A stretch of 6,022 nt of DNA from Octopus sinensis (lineage: Eukaryota), in contig NW_021829545.1 of NCBI RefSeq assembly GCF_006345805.1, forward strand, positions 1-6,022. The letters are read 5' to 3'. The notes under the pieces were generated by a model that was given only the letters and a program-made list of their open reading frames with translations, did no database searches and was not told the DNA's origin. The translations under genes were made by a program, and so were the position numbers. Below, one piece after another: positions 1 through 6,022 of this stretch; position 1 is the first letter of the stretch, and the number at the start of each line of letters is the position of its first letter.

Positions 1-130
1 CACCTTCTTCCACCATTATCATCATCACTTCTAACAACACCAACACCAACACCAGCACTACCATACTACTACTCTTACCACTACCACTACTACTTCCATC
101 ATCACTACCACCATTATCATCATCATCATC
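1..130. repeat. Degenerate trinucleotide simple repeat (CAC/CAT/TAC/CAA)n
   Basis: Period-3 low-complexity run such as ccactaccactactact and atcatcatcatcatc, seen directly. Confidence 0.9.
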
Positions 131-150
131 AAATGCTCACTTGGGTGATT

Positions 151-182
<32 letters not shown>

Positions 183-407
183 GTGTGTGTGTGTGTGTGT
201 GTGTCTGTATTTGTCCCCCAAATCGCTTGACAACCGATGCTGGTGTGTTTACGTCCCCGTAAGTTAGCGGTTCGTCAAAAGAGACCGATAGAATAAGTAC
301 TAGGCTTACAAAGAATAAGACCTGGGGGCGATTTGCTCGACGAAAGAAAGGCAGTGCTCCAGCATGGACACAGTCAAATGACTGAAACAAGTAAAAGATT
401 AAAAAAG
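151..407 (+). mobile_element. 5'-truncated copy of a tRNA-derived SINE: internal (TA)n(TG)n tract plus 3' half
   Basis: 226-398 aligns to 3010-3178 of the full-length copy, with about 19 mismatches and one 4-nt indel by manual count (roughly 88%). It ends in the same tail (caaatgactgaaacaagtaaaaga). No tRNA head precedes the microsatellite. Confidence 0.9.
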
Positions 408-446
<39 letters not shown>

Positions 447-574
447 TTTGTTGTGTGTGGTGTGTGTGTGTGTGGTGTGTGTGTGTGTGTAATGTGGTGT
501 AATGTGTGTGTGTGTGTGTGTATGTATATATGTATGTTATGTATGTATGTATGTTTTGCATGTATTATATATAT
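408..574. repeat. Compound microsatellite (TA)n(TG)n(TATG)n
   Basis: Seen directly. Confidence 0.95.
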
Positions 575-782
575 TTCAAAATGTAACCACGTGTGAATCG
601 TTCGCGATTTTCTTCCTCCGTCTTCTATAACTTTTAGACTTCCTTTATTTCTGAAGAAGAGCTTCGCTCGAAAACGTTAAATCCTCTTTCTTTTTCTTTC
701 ATGACCGTCTGATGATTTATTACTTGTACCACATACTCGCGTTGTTGTTTTTTCATGTTTGTTCTCTTTGTTTGGATTCAGT

Positions 783-783
<1 letters not shown>
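575..783 (+). mobile_element. Probable Penelope-like element (PLE) pLTR/terminal fragment
   Basis: Non-microsatellite island between TA tracts. It contains CTGAAGAAGAGCTTCGCTCGAAAACGTT, the minimal hammerhead-type signature known from PLE pLTRs, followed by a pyrimidine-rich tract. No RT or GIY-YIG coding sequence is visible, so the family call is inference. Confidence 0.55.
647..682 (+). ncRNA. Minimal type I hammerhead ribozyme-like motif (possibly degenerate)
   Basis: Stem I ATTT (647-650)/AAAT (679-682); core CTGAAGA (651-657) plus an extra A; stem II GAGC-TTC-GCTC (659-669); GAAA (670-673); palindromic AACGTT/ACGT in place of stem III (673-678). Confidence 0.6.
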
Positions 784-784
<1 letters not shown>

Positions 785-834
<50 letters not shown>

Positions 835-1010
835 ATATATATATATATATATACATATATACATACCCAACACACACACACACACATATATATATTATAT
901 ACAATTATATATTATGTATGTATAAATATATATACATATACATATGTGTATATATATATGTATATGTATATATACATATATATATATATGTGTGTGTGTG
1001 TGTGTATATG

Positions 1011-1069
<59 letters not shown>

Positions 1070-1106
1070 GCGTGTGTGTGTGTGTGTGTGTACATCTATA
1101 TACATA
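785..1106. repeat. Compound microsatellite (TA)n-(CA)n-(TA/TG mixed)-(TG)n
   Basis: Seen directly. Confidence 0.95.
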
Positions 1107-1352
1107 TATGTAAACAAATTTTTTTCAGAATGAGATAAAAAACCCAAGGCTGTGAAGATTTTAGAACACTTATAAATAGAAAGTCTTACAGCTGCTTCCA
1201 GGATATTTATTAATTATTATATCCCTTCATCGGAGACGGTGTGAGAGGTGATATAATAAATATCCTGGAAACAGATGTAAGACCTATTTATAAATCTTCT
1301 AAAATCTTCACAGCCTTGGATTTTTATCTCATTCTGAAAAATTTTTTTATAT
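1107..1352. mobile_element. Unclassified foldback / MITE-like element (long inverted repeat)
   Basis: 1121-1223 is the reverse complement of 1250-1341 (87 of 92 right-arm bases match; 5 mismatches, 3 indels). Weaker pairing continues inward to a GAGA loop at 1233-1236 and outward into the TA flanks. Non-coding. Confidence 0.8.
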
Positions 1353-1406
1353 ATACACACGCTGATATTGACCTACGTTGGGTTCTTTATTCGCATAATC
1401 ACCGAT

Positions 1407-1503
1407 ATACATATATATATATGTATATATAATATATATATATATATATATAATATAATATATATATATTAATATATATTATATATATATATACATATAT
1501 GTA

Positions 1504-1534
<31 letters not shown>

Positions 1535-1716
1535 GTATATATATATATGTGTGTATGTATATATATATGCATATATATGTATGTATATATATATATCATG
1601 TATAATATATGTATATATATATACATGTATGTATATAATATGTTAGATATATGTTTGTATGTACATGTATATATATGTATATGTATGTATATCTATATAT
1701 ATATATATATATATAT

Positions 1717-1754
<38 letters not shown>

Positions 1755-1790
1755 ATAATATATATATATATATATATTATTGTGATACAT
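1407..1790. repeat. Interrupted (TA)n/(TATG)n microsatellite
   Basis: Seen directly. Confidence 0.95.
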
Positions 1791-1799
1791 GTGTATTGT

Positions 1800-1930
1800 T
1801 TTCTGATAATTAAATTATACATGACATGATGCACTTTGTTGTGTTTTGTTGTACGTGTGATCCACTGGTCTGTGGAAAAATTGTTTTGCATGAAACCAGT
1901 CCGTGCTGCAAAAGAGTTTGGTGCGCGCTG
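1800..1930 (+). mobile_element. Right-terminal fragment of a hAT (Charlie/MER1-like) non-autonomous DNA transposon
   Basis: 1862-1930 (ccactggtctgtggaaaaattgttttgcatgaaaccagtccgtgctgcaaaagagtttggtgcgcgctg) resembles, from memory, the hAT-Charlie right end GGTCCGTGGAAAAATTGTCTTCCACGAAACCGGTCCCTGGTGCCAAAAAGGTTGGGGACCGCTG. Several differences are CpG to TpG/CpA. The left boundary is uncertain and no matching left end was found. Confidence 0.7.
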
Positions 1931-2281
1931 CCTTTGAAGGTGTTTTCGTCTGGTAATTGCATAGAAAATCTCAGATAATTGAAGTTTTTGAACTCGCTAC
2001 GTTTCATACGTGCAACTCCACCGTAAAACTTCCAGCAGTATATGAAGTATCTGAGAACTAGTTTAGTCATTTGGTTTCTGTTAGATTGAATGTAAGGAAT
2101 CATCAATAGAATGTGACCTTTTATCACAGAACTTCAGTCTATTGTTATATTAAAGTAAGTCTGGGTCTTAGCTGGAGTTTGAAACCTTTCGGTTGGCCTG
2201 CCGATATTTTAATGTCAGCATGCACTTCGCTCAACACTCTGATTCTAACTGATTACACACTCGTGCGCGAAAACACATGCG

Positions 2282-2349
2282 CACCACACACTCACACATA
2301 CATTTGAATATTCACATATACGTGTTTTATGTGTGTGTGTGTGTGTGTT

Positions 2350-2380
<31 letters not shown>

Positions 2381-2545
2381 CATATATATTTATATCTATA
2401 TATATATTTATATATATATATTTATGTCTACATATATATATATATATGTATATATATTTATATATATACATAAATATATATATACGTACATGTATGTATA
2501 CACACACACACATATAGTACATGTATGTATATACTTGCATCATAT
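2282..2545. repeat. Compound (CA)n/(TG)n/(TA)n microsatellite
   Basis: Seen directly. Confidence 0.9.
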
Positions 2546-2548
2546 ATA

Positions 2549-2605
2549 GGAGGAGGACGACGACAAGAAGAAGAGAAGAAGAAGAAGAAGAAGAAGAAGA
2601 AGAAA
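2549..2605. repeat. Purine trinucleotide tract (GGA)(CGA)(GAA)n
   Basis: Seen directly; about 10 uninterrupted GAA units. Confidence 0.95.
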
Positions 2606-2801
2606 TACGTAAGAAAATGGTAGGTATATGAATATGAAAGTACTGGAGCGAATTGTGAGAAAGAAGCAAAAAAGCAGGGAATTGGAACGAAGGAAAGAAG
2701 TTAATTTATTAAAGCTAACGTGTAGGAATTAAGTCTGTCCAGCAACTGGATGCTCTTCGTCGAAACCGACGCAAAACCCATCATGTAATTTTATTTCATA
2801 T

Positions 2802-3187
2802 TCAGATATGCCGTGTTATGTAGCTTACTTAACAACTTACCACATGGTTCTGGGCTCAGTCCCACTGTGTGGCATCTTGGGCAAGTGTCTTTTACTATAA
2901 CCTCGGGCCGACCAAAGCCTTGTGAGTAGATTTGGTTGACGGAAACTGAAAGAAGCCCGTCGTCTATATGTGTGTGTGTGTGTGTGTTTTCCCCTCACCC
3001 CTACCATCACTTGACAACCGATACTGGTGTGTTTACGTCCCCGTAACTTAGCGTTTCAGCAAAAGGGTCCGATAAAATAAGTACTAGGCTTTCAAAGAAT
3101 AAGTCCTGGGGTTGATTTGTTTGACTAAAGGCGGTGCTCCAGCATGGCCGCAGTCAAATGACTGAAACAAATAAAAGAATAAAAGAA
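2802..3187 (+). mobile_element. Near full-length tRNA-derived SINE with internal microsatellite (family A)
   Basis: Degenerate tRNA-like head with a B-box-like gggctcagtccc (2852-2863); body ttgggcaagtgtctt...ggaaactgaaagaagcccgtcg; internal (TA)(TG)n at ~2965-2987; 3' half shared with 226-398; tandem ATAAAAGA tail at 3171-3187. Resembles from memory a high-copy Octopus SINE. Confidence 0.9.
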
Positions 3188-3214
3188 CGTCTGATCATTC
3201 CATGTGTTTGAATA

Positions 3215-3450
3215 CATTATTAAATATAAATGGTTTCACATTTTGATACAATGCCAGCAATTTTGCTGGAGAGGAGGAAATCGATTACATTTGATCCCCA
3301 GTATCTGACTGGTACTTATTTTGTCGACATTGAACGAATGAAAGGGAAAGTTGACTTCGGCAGCACTTAAACTCAGAACGTAAAGAGCTAAAAGAAATGT
3401 CGCTAAGCATTTTGTCCGACGCGCTAACGATTCTGCACGCACGCTGCCTT
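3215..3450 (-). mobile_element. tRNA-derived SINE (family B), degenerate full length
   Basis: Minus strand reads ggcagcgtgcgtgcagaatcgttagcgcgtcggacaaaatgcttagcg... (A-box-like gcagaatcgttag), then gagtttaagtgc (degenerate B box), a central ccctttcattcgttcaatgtcgacaaaataagtaccag and an AT-rich tail. Resembles from memory a second common Octopus SINE. Confidence 0.8.
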
Positions 3451-3703
3451 ACTCTATATAAAAATCAAGATAAGCATCTATACAGAAAGGAACATACAGA
3501 AAGCTGTATTAGTCAAGCTTGTGTGTGAGAGTTGAAGAAGATGAAGAAAGGAAGAGAAACGGGAGAGTCTGAATAAAATAAACAAGAATAAACGAGACGA
3601 AGAGAGGTACAAATGTTGACAATACAAGCAGAACAGCTTATTGGGATTAAAATATAAGCAACATGGCGTCTAGGATTTGATTAACAAAAACCAGATAAGA
3701 TTC

Positions 3704-3720
3704 TTTTTTTTTTTTTTTTT
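3704..3720. repeat. Poly(T) tract
   Basis: Seen directly. Confidence 0.9.
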
Positions 3721-3952
3721 CCAATTATGAAATAAAAACAGTTTATCGTCTGTTTGAAGTTCTCATACAAAATATCTTTCAGCAAATTCTCAGCTAATAG
3801 GCTTTGAGAAAAAAATGCGAGTTATGAAGAAGTCTAAATTTTTAACCTCAATTTTAGAAAAAAATTGAACGTTTTTCTTATATTTATAATCTACACTACA
3901 TTTTCGATTGGTTTGGTCATTTGTCGTCATCATATGGGGCTTTATACTTGGA

Positions 3953-3981
3953 TATATATATATATATGTAGTATTTAGCAC

Positions 3982-4041
<60 letters not shown>

Positions 4042-4398
4042 GTCTGTCTATCTATCTACCAGTCTGTCTGCCTGTCTATTTATCTGTCTGTCTATCAATT
4101 TGTCCGTCTATATATATACACACACACATACTTCCACACACATACATACACACACACCCACATACACCCACGCGCATACACACATACCTTTATACACACA
4201 CAAAAACGTACGCACAACCACATACACACACATACACGCACAAACGCACGTAAGCACAAGCACACAAGCACACGCACGCACATACACACACACAAGTACG
4301 CACATATACGCCTACACAACCCCCCCCCCCACACACACACACACAACTCCACACATAACCCACGCACACACGTATACACAAATTCACATACACACACG
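3953..4398. repeat. Compound microsatellite (TA)n-(TCTA/TCTG)n-degenerate (CA)n with a C11 run
   Basis: Seen directly; (TCTA)n at ~3983-4040 and C run at 4320-4330. Confidence 0.9.
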
Positions 4399-4499
4399 AA
4401 AAGTAAGTAAGCATTAAAAATTGATAATAAAATCCATATTCCTTTAACGAATTTATTGAAATAAATTATACATGTTCTTTATTACAAGAGAAAATGAAA

Positions 4500-5102
4500 A
4501 TAAATCTTCAACCAGTTTCCTCAAACGGCCAGGGATGGAATGAACAACCTTCTGAAAGACGTCGTCTGGGATACCATCGAGTCGAGTACCTCCTGAATCC
4601 ATGCTGCCAGTCCTCTAATATTCGAGGTTTTGTCTTGTACAGCTCTTTTGTGTAACCTCACAGGTAAAAATCACATCGTGTGAGATCTGGACTTCTTGGA
4701 GATCCGCGTCGTCCCATCAGGTTTTAACTCCTGCACGCAATTGGGTTTCCACGGACGGAAATTCAATTCTTTATGCAACACAATACGTATCGTGTGTCCT
4801 GTTAGTCCACTTTCACGAGCTGTTTGACGTGTTGATTTTTGCGGGCTGCGATCAAACATTTCTTGCACTGTTGCCACATTCTCCGCTGATTGGGATGTGG
4901 TTGGAGGCCCACTTCTTCATGCATCGTTCACAGAGCCCATGGTCATCAGCTTTGCATGACAACTTTTTATTGTCCCTGGACGTAGTGTTGCATGCTTACC
5001 TTTCCATGCATGCCACCGTCTCTGAACCAAAGCAGTGGAATTCCACACTTCAAAGCGTGCTGCTATCTTAGCTCGCAACTAAATAGTCAAGCGACCGGCC
5101 GT
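4500..5102 (-). pseudogene. Tc1/mariner transposase pseudogene (N-terminal HTH region fused to C-terminal tail; most of catalytic core deleted)
   Basis: One frame from 5102: (ACG=M?)AGRLTI*LRAKIAARFEVWNSTALVQRRW...GSVNDA*RSGPPTTSQSAENVATVQEMFDRSPQKSTRQTARESGL...LHKELNFRPWKPNCVQELKPD. After a frame switch at ~4717: MGRRGSPRSPDLTRCDFYL*GYTKELYKTKPRILED, then GIPDDVFQKVVHSIPGRLRKLVED. Stops at 5081-5079, 4919-4917 and 4660-4658. SPDLTxCDF(Y)LWG is the third-catalytic-Asp motif. Confidence 0.9.
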
Positions 5103-5158
5103 CTGGAAAATAAGAAATAAGACAATAAGACAATACGAAAATAAGAAATCCCCATTAG
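5103..5158 (-). promoter_or_regulatory. Putative 3' splice site (branch point, polypyrimidine tract, CAG) in the transposon leader
   Basis: Minus strand: (A)CTAAT at 5158-5154, then a T-rich tract tttcttattttcgtattgtcttattgtcttatttcttattttc, then CAG ending at 5103, immediately before the mutated start codon. Confidence 0.55.
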
Positions 5159-5253
5159 TGTTGCCTGTTTGAAAAATGCTTTCGTCATGACTTCAGTGAT
5201 ACTAAAAATACTATAAGCAATTTCTAATGCCAAGTTACATTTTACCCACCCTG

Positions 5254-5310
5254 TATGTGTGTGTGTGTGTGTGTGTGTGTGCGTATGCGTGTTTTCTGTA
5301 TATAATTATA

Positions 5311-5357
<47 letters not shown>

Positions 5358-5406
5358 ATATATATACATATACATCACATATATATATAATATACATATA
5401 CATTAC

Positions 5407-5471
<65 letters not shown>

Positions 5472-5472
5472 G

Positions 5473-5518
<46 letters not shown>

Positions 5519-5537
5519 AAATTTATATATGTATATT

Positions 5538-5574
<37 letters not shown>

Positions 5575-5618
5575 GATCTATATATGTATATATTGTATAT
5601 ATATATATATATATATAT

Positions 5619-5662
<44 letters not shown>

Positions 5663-5728
5663 TATATACATATATGTCTATCTAGCTCTTTGTCTGTTTA
5701 TCTATCTATCAAGCTGTCTATCTATCTA
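5254..5728. repeat. Compound microsatellite (TG)n-(TA)n-(TCTA)n
   Basis: Seen directly; begins at the TA target dinucleotide of the mariner end. Confidence 0.95.
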
Positions 5729-6022
5729 GTTGGTTCGGACGTCGTCCGTGCAACATCTATATTCTTTCCTGTGCCTGTGAGAACTTGTATCCCTGCCGTA
5801 AGGCTTTATTTCCACACACACCAGCTTAATTTAATTCGTCCTTAGTTGAAAGACACCTGTTGTTTTGCCCTGTTATTTGTACTTGTGTAACATTCTCCGT
5901 TTTCTTCCGTCCTTGTTTTCGTATACATTCGCTGCTTTCTTCCAAGGAATCTAATGCTCTTAGCTTAGTTTTTCCTTGGGAGTGGCCAGATTGGAGCAAT
6001 CTCGATTATAACCAGCCGAAAT
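5729..6022. mobile_element. Unclassified interspersed repeat, hairpin-rich, truncated by the window edge (possibly a PLE terminal region)
   Basis: Complex non-coding sequence starting abruptly at a microsatellite, with three clear hairpins (5729-5754, 5940-5981, 5988-6002). It resembles from memory a recurrent octopus repeat, but the family cannot be established from this window. Confidence 0.4.

Larger units (their letters stand above)
4399..5253 (-). mobile_element. Internally deleted Tc1/mariner-superfamily DNA transposon (DDxD type, maT/rosa-like)
   Basis: One end reads TA|CAGGGTGGGTAAAATGTAACTTGGCATT on the minus strand (TA at 5254-5255). Its inner part (5208-5243) matches 4399-4433 as an imperfect inverted repeat (27 of 36 columns). 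Transposase remnants lie inside, and AATAAA signals occur on the minus strand at 4478-4483 and 4452-4457. Confidence 0.9.

Noticed and set aside
709-715. Second CTGATGA hammerhead core box
   Set aside because: No stem II or GAAA follows at a suitable distance.
58-1790. Many ORFs rich in YI/IY, VC/CV and TH/HT (e.g. 58-561, 712-1113, 759-1133, 1499-1813), and similar ORFs at 2277-2669, 3908-4417 and 5227-5671
   Set aside because: These are translations of stop-free dinucleotide microsatellites with no protein-like composition.
1810-2127. 105-aa minus-strand ORF (MIKGHILL...)
   Set aside because: It has no recognisable motif and runs across the hAT terminus, which points to a chance ORF.
2085-2160. 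Possible small host exon (acceptors at 2084, 2129 or 2137; strong donor AAA|GTAAGT at 2155)
   Set aside because: The 70-nt version has stops in all three frames, and the 25-nt and 17-nt versions are not frame-preserving. It is unsupported without RNA-seq.
2802-2870. tRNA gene at the SINE heads (also 3350-3450 on the minus strand)
   Set aside because: The A/B boxes are degenerate, there is no complete cloverleaf, and the sequence continues into SINE body.
3660-3678. AACATGGCG Kozak/YY1-like motif
   Set aside because: The ORF is only MASRI*, with no donor site or CpG-island context; a single short motif can occur by chance.
3704-3950. Poly(T) as a retrocopy poly(A) tail, and the adjacent AT-rich segment (hairpin 3787-3810) as a DNA-transposon remnant
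   Set aside because: There is no upstream AATAAA on the minus strand, no TSD and no recognisable terminus or coding remnant, so it cannot be classified.
4829-5071. 80-aa plus-strand ORF
   Set aside because: It is the antisense shadow of the transposase pseudogene.
1-6022. CRISPR array or prokaryotic system
   Set aside because: There are no regularly spaced repeat-spacer units or operon-like ORFs; the content is eukaryotic repeat DNA.

Overview
This is a eukaryotic non-coding window with no intact protein-coding gene. Roughly 35-40% is microsatellite (TA, TG/CA, TCTA, GAA, CAC/CAT), and most of the rest is transposable-element relics. The SINEs resemble, from memory, repeats typical of Octopus genomes, so an octopod cephalopod source is likely (inference). 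In order, the window holds: a 5'-truncated tRNA-SINE (151-407); a probable Penelope-like pLTR fragment carrying a minimal hammerhead ribozyme motif (647-682); a ~245-bp near-perfect foldback/MITE hairpin (1107-1352); the right end of a hAT/Charlie-like element (to 1930); two tRNA-derived SINEs of different families lying tail to tail (2802-3187 on +, 3215-3450 on -); an internally deleted DDxD-type Tc1/mariner on the minus strand (4399-5253), with a pseudogenised transposase and a 3' splice site directly against its start codon; and a hairpin-rich repeat running off the right edge (5729-6022). Nearly all ORFs in the supplied track are microsatellite translation artefacts. Only 4671-4877 (-) reflects real, dead coding sequence.
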